From Coprobacillaceae bacterium (GTDB taxonomy: Bacteria > Bacillota_I > Bacilli_A > Erysipelotrichales > Coprobacillaceae), in NCBI GenBank assembly GCA_963675915.1, contig OY780959.1, positions 660,001 through 692,000 on the forward strand: a stretch of 32,000 nucleotides of DNA, written 5' to 3'. Of the stretch, positions 15,431-23,201 are shown piece after piece. The translations under genes and the position numbers were made by a program. A model generated the notes under the pieces. That model saw only the letters and a list, made by a program, of their open reading frames with translations. It was not told the DNA's origin and made no database searches. Every line of letters begins with the position of its first letter. Position 1 is the first letter of the stretch.

Positions 15431-16447
15431 ATGAGTCTGATTCTGGCAATAGAGTCCAGCTGTGATGAAATGGCCATGGCCGTTTTGAAAGACCAGCGGG
15501 AATTTTTAAGCAGTGTGGTGGCATCACAGATTGATGTCCATGCCCAGTACGGTGGAGTGGTTCCCGAGATTGCTTCGCGCAAGCATGTCGAAAGTGTGGC
15601 TTACGTATTGAAGGAAACCCTGACCAAAGCCAATGTCACTATGGCTGATATCGATGCCATTGCCGTGACTAAAGGGCCGGGTCTGGTTGGGAGTCTCCAT
15701 ATTGGGCTGCAAGCTGCCAAAACATTGGCATTGGCTTATAACTTGCCGTTGATTGGAGTCCATCATATCGTGGGACACATCTATTCTAACAATTATGGCG
15801 AGGATATGATTTATCCGGCTTTGTGCCTGGTAGTATCAGGCGGTCATACCACTCTGGTTTTAATGGAGTCGCAGTTCGATTTCAAGATTGTCGGTGAGAC
15901 TCTCGATGATGCAGTCGGCGAGGCTTACGACAAAGTGGCCCGCGTCCTCAATCTGCCGTATCCGGGCGGACCGGTAATCGATAAAATGGCAGGACAGGGT
16001 GAGCCTAATTATCCGCTGCCAAAACCGCTTGATGATGGAAGTTTGAATTTCAGCTTTTCAGGACTCAAATCTGCGGTGATCAACTTGAATCACAAATACA
16101 ATCAGCGCAATGAGCCGATCAATAAAGAAGATTTGGCGGCGTCATTCCAGAATGTGGTCGTGGAATCACTTGTTTCCAAGACAATGATGGCGATTGAAGA
16201 ATATCGCGTTGGCGAACTGATGCTTGCCGGTGGAGTAAGCGCCAACAGCGCCCTTCGTAAGGCAATGACGCAAGCCTGTGAGCAAGCCGGGGTAAATCTG
16301 AGGATGCCACCGCTTTCGCTTACCGGAGATAACGCGATGATGATTGCTTTAGCGGCCAAGATAATGTATGATAATAGTGATTTTAGTGATTTGAAATTAG
16401 GGATTAAACCTAATATAGACATTGAAAATGAATCAAGGAGATTATAA
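15431..16447 (+). CDS. tsaD: tRNA N6-adenosine threonylcarbamoyltransferase TsaD
   Basis: LAIESSCDE, GVHHIVGH metal site and LAGGVSAN. The ATG at 15431 follows AAAGGA. The TTG at 15422 is rejected. Confidence 0.94.
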   Translation: MSLILAIESSCDEMAMAVLKDQREFLSSVVASQIDVHAQYGGVVPEIASRKHVESVAYVLKETLTKANVTMADIDAIAVTKGPGLVGSLHIGLQAAKTLALAYNLPLIGVHHIVGHIYSNNYGEDMIYPALCLVVSGGHTTLVLMESQFDFKIVGETLDDAVGEAYDKVARVLNLPYPGGPVIDKMAGQGEPNYPLPKPLDDGSLNFSFSGLKSAVINLNHKYNQRNEPINKEDLAASFQNVVVESLVSKTMMAIEEYRVGELMLAGGVSANSALRKAMTQACEQAGVNLRMPPLSLTGDNAMMIALAAKIMYDNSDFSDLKLGIKPNIDIENESRRL

Positions 16448-17076
16448 TGGAAAAAGTTATTTCAAAAGCTACGATGGCGCGTTTTCCGGTGTATTTAAAA
16501 GCTTTACGCCAAATGCAGGTGGAAGGAAAAGAAAATGTGCTGTCCAGTGAACTGTACGAAGTCACCGGGATTCAGGATACGACAATCCGTCGCGATCTGA
16601 CATACCTATCTAAGGATGAAAATTTCGGAAAGCCAGGTAAAGGATACAGCGTCAAGCACCTTATCGGCGGACTGTCGGAAGTTCTTGGAGTCGGTCTCGA
16701 TTCACCAATCATTTTGATTGGGGTTGGTAACCTGGGTTCTGCGATTTTAAAATATAATCGTTGGCAATATACAGTGGGAAAAATTGTCGGTTGTTACGAT
16801 CAAGACCGCAATAAAGAAGGGGAACGTTTTGGGGTCAAAGTCCACCACATTGATGATTTGGAGAAGACTTTCCCAAAAGATTGTGAAATTGCGATTTTGG
16901 CTATATCAGAGAATGTCCAGGAGACAGTTGACCGCTTGATGGATTTGGGAGTTAAGGGAATTGTTGACTTTACCCATACTCATTTTACGGTTCGCGAAGG
17001 TGTCGAAGTCAAACCTGTAGATGTGGTTGCCGCAATTCAGGAATTGGTTTTAAAAATACATACAAATACTAATTAA
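16447..17076 (+). CDS. rex: Redox-sensing transcriptional repressor Rex
   Basis: N-terminal winged helix ([12 protein letters not shown]...[19 protein letters not shown]) plus Rossmann motif [15 protein letters not shown] overlap with tsaD. Confidence 0.9.
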   Translation: MEKVISKATMARFPVYLKALRQMQVEGKENVLSSELYEVTGIQDTTIRRDLTYLSKDENFGKPGKGYSVKHLIGGLSEVLGVGLDSPIILIGVGNLGSAILKYNRWQYTVGKIVGCYDQDRNKEGERFGVKVHHIDDLEKTFPKDCEIAILAISENVQETVDRLMDLGVKGIVDFTHTHFTVREGVEVKPVDVVAAIQELVLKIHTNTN

Positions 17077-17086
17077 GGAGAAAAAT

Positions 17087-18478
17087 ATGTTCGAATTTAA
17101 AACGGTTAGAGAACTTTACGAAATGTTCTTGTACGGAGAAGAGATGGAATTGGAAGGGCTGGACATTGTCGAGCTGGAAGGATGGGTTAAAACCAACCGT
17201 AATAGTGGTAAAGTGGGGTTTATTGCGCTTAATGACGGTTCATACTTCAAAAATATCCAATTAGTCTATCTTGAAGAGACATTGGCTAACTACGAAGAAG
17301 CAGCGAAGTTGTCTACAGGTAGTGCAGTCAAAATCTTAGGAAAGTTCAAACTTACTCCTGATGGGAAACAACCTTTCGAAGTTGAAGTTACCGAACTTGA
17401 AGTTGAAGGTAAATGTGCTGAAGACTTCCCATTACAAAAAAAACGTCATACATTGGAATTCTTGCGTGAGATTCCCCATCTTCGTCCTCGTGCCAACACT
17501 TACCTGGCGACATTCAGAGTAAGATCGGTATTGGCGATGGCTATCCACGAATTCTTCCAATCACAGGGATTCGTTTATGTTCATGCTCCAATCATCACCG
17601 GGAATGATGCTGAAGGTGCAGGGGAAACTTTTACAGTAACTACAAGAGAAGATAACAATTATGAAGAAGATTTCTTTGGAAAACACGCTTCTTTGACAGT
17701 TTCGGGTCAATTGCACGTAGAATCATTCGCAATGGCTTTTAGAGATGTATATACATTCGGTCCTACTTTCAGAGCTGAAAATTCCAACACTTCAACGCAT
17801 GCATCGGAATTCTGGATGATTGAACCGGAAATCGCTTTTGCGAACCTTGAAGATGATATGGATCTGATTGAAGACTGTGTCAAATTCTGTATCAACTATG
17901 TCCTGGAGAATGCTCCGGCTGAAATGGAATTCCTGAACCAGTTCGTTGACAAGGATAAAAACCTAGTTGAAAGACTGAAAGCTGTATATAACAGCGAGTT
18001 CAAACGTCTTGATTATACTGATGCAATTGATTTGCTGCTTGAAGCGAAAGTCAAATTCGAAAACCCGGTTTCTTGGGGAATCGATCTGGCCAGCGAGCAT
18101 GAAAAATATCTGTGTGAACAAGTGTTCAAAGGTCCGATTTTCATTATCAACTATCCAAAAGATATCAAAGCATTCTATATGCGTTTGAATGATGATAATA
18201 AAACGGTTGCCGCATGCGACCTGTTGGTTCCAGGAATCGGAGAACTAGTTGGTGGTTCTCAACGTGAAGAACGTTATGATGTTTTAGAAAAAATGATGGA
18301 AGAAAAAGGAATCGAGAAAGAATCGTTAGAGTGGTATCTTGATTTACGCCGTTTCGGTGGCGTTAACCATGCCGGATTTGGGATTGGATTCGAGAGACTT
18401 GTCATGTTCATGACTGGAGTTTCCAACATCCGTGATGTTGTTCCTTATCCACGTACACCACGTAATCTTAAATTCTAG
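17087..18478 (+). CDS. asnS: Asparagine--tRNA ligase
   Basis: Class II aaRS with an OB-fold N-domain, [21 protein letters not shown] (motif 2) and [12 protein letters not shown] (motif 3). AAGGAG Shine-Dalgarno sequence. Confidence 0.95.
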   Translation: MFEFKTVRELYEMFLYGEEMELEGLDIVELEGWVKTNRNSGKVGFIALNDGSYFKNIQLVYLEETLANYEEAAKLSTGSAVKILGKFKLTPDGKQPFEVEVTELEVEGKCAEDFPLQKKRHTLEFLREIPHLRPRANTYLATFRVRSVLAMAIHEFFQSQGFVYVHAPIITGNDAEGAGETFTVTTREDNNYEEDFFGKHASLTVSGQLHVESFAMAFRDVYTFGPTFRAENSNTSTHASEFWMIEPEIAFANLEDDMDLIEDCVKFCINYVLENAPAEMEFLNQFVDKDKNLVERLKAVYNSEFKRLDYTDAIDLLLEAKVKFENPVSWGIDLASEHEKYLCEQVFKGPIFIINYPKDIKAFYMRLNDDNKTVAACDLLVPGIGELVGGSQREERYDVLEKMMEEKGIEKESLEWYLDLRRFGGVNHAGFGIGFERLVMFMTGVSNIRDVVPYPRTPRNLKF

Positions 18479-18490
18479 CCGAGCGCGCAT

Positions 18491-19954
18491 ATGAATGATT
18501 ATGATGTCATAAATGCCTATTTTCATCTGTTATTCAATCAGTCTCGATACTTCTTTCTCGAATTGGCGGCAAATGTTGATAATTATCAGATAATCAAGGA
18601 ATGGTTGAGTTATAATGATATCCATCTTGATATTCTCGATGAATTCACCGAGAGTATCGGGCGCAATATCCTTGATGACAACAATGAAGAAGATACATTG
18701 CGTCATTTCTCAAAAAAAGCAACAAACCAACTGCAAGCTTTCAAATTAATGGAAACAAAGAAATACCAGGCGGTGTTTTTTGCGGGATTGGATGAATCCG
18801 ATGAGGTAAATTCGGTTTTATCCAATCTGGAATATGTCCGGTCTCTTCAAGACGATCAGGTCAGGACTTTTTCCAGCAGCAAGATTCTTTACGAAAACGA
18901 ACTGCTGTTTCGCCGTCCCTACGGGGCTTTGATCAAAGGAATCCTGAACATTGAAAAATGGCCGGGAATCCTGATTTTCAAGAATGAAAAATTCCGTTTT
19001 ATCAAGATCAGAAAAGTTGAAGAAATCGAACATATTTTCGAAAAAATCGCCAATGACAGTATCTTTGATTATGAAATCGTCACTGATGATTCTTACTTTT
19101 TCCATCTTAGCGATCTGCATTTTAAAAATAACCGCTCGACTGAAAAGCATAAACTTTTGCTTCTTTCATCAATCGATGGAATAATCAAGCAGGCGGATAC
19201 CAAATACCAAAACAAGGTGATTATCACCGGAGATTTGATGAATTCACCTAGTACCGACAATATGTATCAGGTTTCGAGTTTTATGAACCTGCTTAAAAAG
19301 CGGTATCATGCTTCAGTGGATTTTGTGCTGGGAAACCATGACATTTCCGCTCACGGGCTGAATCTGTTCAGGACCCCGAATACCAAAATAGTTGCTTATC
19401 TTTTGGGTGATAGCATCAAGGTTTTTAATGAAGAAAAGATCATCCTTGTCAAGATCAACTCGATGGTTGAGGGGAATTTCGCCCGCGGTTCGGTCGGTCA
19501 GATTCAGATGGCTGAAATCGACGAAGAACTGGCAGCGATTGAAAATCTGAAAGATTACACCATCATAGTCATGCTGCATCATCACCTTTTCCCGATCAAT
19601 CGGGATGAGTTTTTGAAACAAAAGTGGATTGATAATATCTTCATCGGAAGATATATCGATCACTCCAAAGCTTTGATTGACTCTGACTTGCTGCTTTATT
19701 GGCTCAAGTCGTACGATGTCAAATATGTGCTTCATGGCCACCGCCATATCCCAAGTTGCAATCGTCATGGCAACATCACAGTTGTTTCGGCCGGATCATC
19801 GAGCCAAAGCTATGTCAAAGAAGATGCGCATCATTATCTTAGTTACAATATTTTGAAGTACTCTCATAAGACTCGCAGTATGCGCTACTGCATCAATGTT
19901 TATGAGGATGTCAAGAAAACAGGAGGACAGCGTCTTAAAGTGACGTTAATATAA
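18491..19954 (+). CDS. Calcineurin-like metallophosphoesterase with about 200-aa N-terminal domain of unknown function
   Basis: All metallophosphoesterase motifs are in order: SDLH (D208/H210, 19112-19120), TGDLM (D248), LGNHD (281-284), MLHHH and HGHRH. Residues 1-200 match no family I can name. No terminator after asnS (12-nt gap) and the Shine-Dalgarno sequence is weak. Confidence 0.85.
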   Translation: MNDYDVINAYFHLLFNQSRYFFLELAANVDNYQIIKEWLSYNDIHLDILDEFTESIGRNILDDNNEEDTLRHFSKKATNQLQAFKLMETKKYQAVFFAGLDESDEVNSVLSNLEYVRSLQDDQVRTFSSSKILYENELLFRRPYGALIKGILNIEKWPGILIFKNEKFRFIKIRKVEEIEHIFEKIANDSIFDYEIVTDDSYFFHLSDLHFKNNRSTEKHKLLLLSSIDGIIKQADTKYQNKVIITGDLMNSPSTDNMYQVSSFMNLLKKRYHASVDFVLGNHDISAHGLNLFRTPNTKIVAYLLGDSIKVFNEEKIILVKINSMVEGNFARGSVGQIQMAEIDEELAAIENLKDYTIIVMLHHHLFPINRDEFLKQKWIDNIFIGRYIDHSKALIDSDLLLYWLKSYDVKYVLHGHRHIPSCNRHGNITVVSAGSSSQSYVKEDAHHYLSYNILKYSHKTRSMRYCINVYEDVKKTGGQRLKVTLI

Positions 19955-19955
19955 A

Positions 19956-21329
19956 ATGAAGTTATTTGATGGAATGAAAGACGCTTCTTTGGGAGCAGTC
20001 ATCCTCTATTCTTTTTCCAAGGGATACGGGGAATGTGAGATTGGCCTATACGATTACGTTTTGCCGTTGATTTTTAATGACACTTTCAAAGGTGTGATCC
20101 TTGAAAGTGAATCTCTGGAAGCAGCATTCGCCAGTGGAGCTGATCAGGAAACCGGATTTTTGTTGGGGCTGCAACAGGCTTTTCAACAATATCGGGAAAC
20201 AACCAATTCCGCTTTGGGTTCACTGATGCTTCAAGGTGCGATTGAATATGTCAATCGTGATGGCAAAGTTTTCGGTAACATCAAACCAACCAAGTTCCTT
20301 GATGTCAATGAAGCCATCAAACTTGGGGAGTTGGTCAAAGGTAATGAAGAATACCTGAAATCGGTATTTACTTTCAAACCGCTTAAAATCGGGTTCCTCG
20401 ACAGCGACAGTGTCGGTGCGGATATCGACCTTTCCCGTTTCAAGGCATACGGCGACTTCATTGATTACCACGACAAGTTCGAGGTTGAGGGGGTTGGAAA
20501 AGACCTTGATGTAATCATCACCAACAAAGTACAGCTTGATGGTGATTCACTTGAAGGGTTTGATAATCTCAAATTGATTTGCGTAACCGCCACTGGTTAC
20601 AACAATCTGGACCTTGATTATCTTGAAGCCAATAATATCGGAGCTTGCAATGTCAGAGGTTATTCAACCAAAGCTGTGGCCAGCCATGGCTTGACCTTGA
20701 TGTTGAACCTCAATAATCGGATTTCTTATTATGACAATTTTGTCAAAAGCGGAAATTACACTTCTTCGGGTTCTTTCTCGCATTTTGAGAACACTTTTTA
20801 TGAACTTGACGGCAAAGTGCTGACAATCATCGGTATGGGGGCTATCGGTCAGGAAATGGCCAAGTATGCGACGGTTTTGGGAATGGAGGTTCAATACTAT
20901 TCGACTTCCGGACTCAATTCGAAACAGCCATATCAAAGAGTCAATTTCGAGACAGCCTTGACAACAAGTGATTTCATCTCAATCAATGCTCCGCTTAATG
21001 AAAAGACGATGAATCTTTTCGATAAGGCGGCCTTTGAAAAAATGAAAAGCACTGCTTTTATCGTCAATGTCGGTCGCGGGAAAATCATCAATGAAGAGGA
21101 TTTGGTCGTTGCTTTGAATACCGGAATGATTGCCGGTGCGGCTCTTGATGTATTTGAAAATGAACCGTTACATCCGGATTCATGCCTTTTCAAGGTTGAA
21201 GATCCTCATAAAATGCTCCTTACTCCTCATATTGCCTGGGCACCTCAGGAAACCAGACAGCGAGTAATGGACGAGATTCAAAAAAATATCGATAGTTATC
21301 TGCTTGGTTCAAAAAGAAACCGCTTATAA
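19956..21329 (+). CDS. D-isomer-specific 2-hydroxyacid dehydrogenase (glycerate dehydrogenase-like) fused to about 142-aa N-terminal domain of unknown function
   Basis: From L143 (nt 20382) onward this is a full-length 2-HADH: LKIGFLD..., ATGYNNLDL, GMGAIGQ (GxGxxG), the catalytic triad context VGRG / DVFENEP / TPHIAW. Residues 1-142 are extra and in frame, with no internal start. Its ATG is 1 nt after the upstream stop. Confidence 0.85.
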   Translation: MKLFDGMKDASLGAVILYSFSKGYGECEIGLYDYVLPLIFNDTFKGVILESESLEAAFASGADQETGFLLGLQQAFQQYRETTNSALGSLMLQGAIEYVNRDGKVFGNIKPTKFLDVNEAIKLGELVKGNEEYLKSVFTFKPLKIGFLDSDSVGADIDLSRFKAYGDFIDYHDKFEVEGVGKDLDVIITNKVQLDGDSLEGFDNLKLICVTATGYNNLDLDYLEANNIGACNVRGYSTKAVASHGLTLMLNLNNRISYYDNFVKSGNYTSSGSFSHFENTFYELDGKVLTIIGMGAIGQEMAKYATVLGMEVQYYSTSGLNSKQPYQRVNFETALTTSDFISINAPLNEKTMNLFDKAAFEKMKSTAFIVNVGRGKIINEEDLVVALNTGMIAGAALDVFENEPLHPDSCLFKVEDPHKMLLTPHIAWAPQETRQRVMDEIQKNIDSYLLGSKRNRL

Positions 21330-21330
21330 A

Positions 21331-21352
21331 AAGGGCTTAGGCCCTTTTTTTG
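21331..21352 (+). terminator. Rho-independent terminator ending the ntdp...2-HADH array
   Basis: AAAGGGC-TTAG-GCCCTTT hairpin (21331-21348) with T7 (21346-21352). Confidence 0.8.
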
Positions 21353-21383
21353 AATTTTATTCGATAAAAAGCGAATTTTTTGT

Positions 21384-21411
21384 TTGCTTATTGGTTAATC
21401 TGTGTTATAGT
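21384..21411 (+). promoter_or_regulatory. Putative promoter of the DEAD-box helicase gene
   Basis: -35 TTGCTT (21384-21389), 16-nt spacer, extended -10 TGtTATAGT (21403-21411). Confidence 0.5.
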
Positions 21412-21438
21412 ATTTAGACGTAACGAAAGGATGTATAA

Positions 21439-23019
21439 ATGAAAAAATTTAATGAACTAGGACTTTCAAGTGAAGTTCTAAATGCAATAGAAGATATGGG
21501 ATTTACCTCGCCATCGAAAATTCAGGAGGCTGCGATCCCGTTAGTAATTGAAGGAAGAGACATAATTGGTCAAGCACAAACAGGGACTGGGAAAACGTTA
21601 GCTTTCGGTGGGGGAATTCTCTCATTGATACATAATAATAATTCTAAAAATCCTCAGGCGATCATTATTTCGCCAACACGTGAATTAGCAAACCAGATTT
21701 TTGAAGAGTTCGAAAGAATCGGAAAGTACAACAATGCCAAGGCAACTTGCGTATTTGGTGGAAGCGACATCGAGCGTCAAATCAGAACAATTAAAAAAGG
21801 TGTTGATATCGTAATCGGAACACCGGGACGGATCATGGACTTGATGCGTCGTCGTGTGCTTAAATTGCACGAAGTACGTTTTGTCGTATTGGATGAAGCG
21901 GATGAAATGTTGAACATGGGATTCGTTGAAGATATCGAAAGTATCTTGGAAACAGTTCCTGAAGATCATCAGACAGTACTGTTTTCAGCAACTATGCCTG
22001 ATGCCATCAAGAAAATCGCTAAAAACTACATGAAAGAAGATTACGATCATGTCAAGATCCAATCTAAAACCAAAACTGCCAGCACGGTTGAACAATTCTA
22101 CTATGAAGTCAGCCAAAGAGACCGTTTTGAGGCTTTATGCCGTTGTATCGATTTTGACGGAGTAAGATCAGGAATAATATTCTGCCGTACTAAACGTTCG
22201 GTTGACGAAGTTTGCGAAAAAATGCAAAAAGCCAACTACAAAGTTGAAGCGATGCATGGTGATTTGACTCAAAACCACCGTAGTAACACTTTGAGAAAAT
22301 TCAAAGACAAAACAATCAACTTCCTGGTAGCGACAGATGTTGCTGCCCGTGGAATCGACGTTGATGACGTGACTCACGTAATCAACTACGAGCTTCCTCA
22401 GGAAATCGAATCATACGTCCACAGAATCGGACGTACCGGAAGAGCCAACCGTGAAGGGAAAGCTTTATCGATCATCACACCAAAAGAAAGAAATTTTTTA
22501 AGACAGATCGAAAAATCAACTAAATCAAAAATCGAACAAGCGGAAATTCCGACTTTGACTCAAATCAATGAAAACAAAGTATTATCATTGATCAGTGATG
22601 TTGAAGATGCGATTTTTGCCGGAAAGCACAAAAAATTCAAATCACAAATCAATCAGATTGATGAAAACATGCGTGATGATTTTGCAGCAGCATTGCTTTA
22701 CATGCTTAACGAATCTAATCCGGGTTATAATTATACTCGTGAAGCAATTGAAGCTTCGAAAAACAATGTCCGTGGGGATATGACCAGACTTTTCATGACT
22801 TGTGGAAAAATGGACAAGATTTCACCAGCGGCAATTGTCGGATTCTTGTGTAATGAAGGTAAAATCCGTAAGAGTGATATTGGTTCAATCGAAATCAATC
22901 GTAAAAACACTTACGTTGATGTCAACAGTTTCGTGGTCAACAAACTGATCAAAAACTGTGCTAAAAAGAAAATCAAAAACCGTCGTGTCAACATCGAAGT
23001 TGCCAGAGGTCAAAAATAG
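21439..23019 (+). CDS. cshA: DEAD-box ATP-dependent RNA helicase with C-terminal DbpA-type RNA-binding domain
   Basis: Q-motif region (FTSPSKIQ), AQTGTGKT, PTRELA, DEAD (LDEADEML), SAT and HRIGRTGR. The C-terminal segment MTRLFMTCGKMDKISPAAIVGFL... resembles a DbpA RNA-binding domain. The symbol is given by analogy to Bacillus CshA/DeaD. Confidence 0.88.
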   Translation: MKKFNELGLSSEVLNAIEDMGFTSPSKIQEAAIPLVIEGRDIIGQAQTGTGKTLAFGGGILSLIHNNNSKNPQAIIISPTRELANQIFEEFERIGKYNNAKATCVFGGSDIERQIRTIKKGVDIVIGTPGRIMDLMRRRVLKLHEVRFVVLDEADEMLNMGFVEDIESILETVPEDHQTVLFSATMPDAIKKIAKNYMKEDYDHVKIQSKTKTASTVEQFYYEVSQRDRFEALCRCIDFDGVRSGIIFCRTKRSVDEVCEKMQKANYKVEAMHGDLTQNHRSNTLRKFKDKTINFLVATDVAARGIDVDDVTHVINYELPQEIESYVHRIGRTGRANREGKALSIITPKERNFLRQIEKSTKSKIEQAEIPTLTQINENKVLSLISDVEDAIFAGKHKKFKSQINQIDENMRDDFAAALLYMLNESNPGYNYTREAIEASKNNVRGDMTRLFMTCGKMDKISPAAIVGFLCNEGKIRKSDIGSIEINRKNTYVDVNSFVVNKLIKNCAKKKIKNRRVNIEVARGQK

Positions 23020-23025
23020 TAATTG

Positions 23026-23053
23026 AAAACAGCCCATTAAAAGGCTGTTTTTT
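23026..23053 (+). terminator. Rho-independent terminator of the helicase gene
   Basis: AAAACAGCC / GGCTGTTTT stem (23026-23034 / 23043-23051), 8-nt loop and a T-run to 23053. Confidence 0.85.
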
Positions 23054-23082
23054 CTTGGGAGTGATTTTGAAGTCGCTAAACG

Positions 23083-23096
23083 CGTTAACGCTTACA
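23083..23096 (-). promoter_or_regulatory. Candidate catabolite-responsive element (cre, CcpA site) upstream of ppdK
   Basis: The minus-strand reading TGTAAGCGTTAACG matches the cre consensus TGWAANCGNTNWCA at 13 of 14 positions. It lies about 45 bp upstream of the ppdK -35 box. Confidence 0.4.
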
Positions 23097-23139
23097 TGTA
23101 TATTAGGTAGTCACAGAGCGTGTAATATGTAAAAAAATA

Positions 23140-23168
23140 TTGAATGTAAGGGGTTTCGGGTGTATAAT
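23140..23168 (+). promoter_or_regulatory. Putative sigma-A promoter of ppdK
   Basis: -35 TTGAAT (23140-23145), 17-nt spacer, -10 TATAAT (23163-23168). AAGGAGG Shine-Dalgarno sequence at 23188-23194. Confidence 0.6.
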
Positions 23169-23201
23169 AAATCTATGGTTAATAAATAAGGAGGAACGTA
23201 C

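Noticed and set aside
17077-17086. Expected T-box leader upstream of asnS.
   Set aside because: Only 10 nt separate rex and asnS. There is no room for a T-box riboswitch, so asnS is read through from rex.
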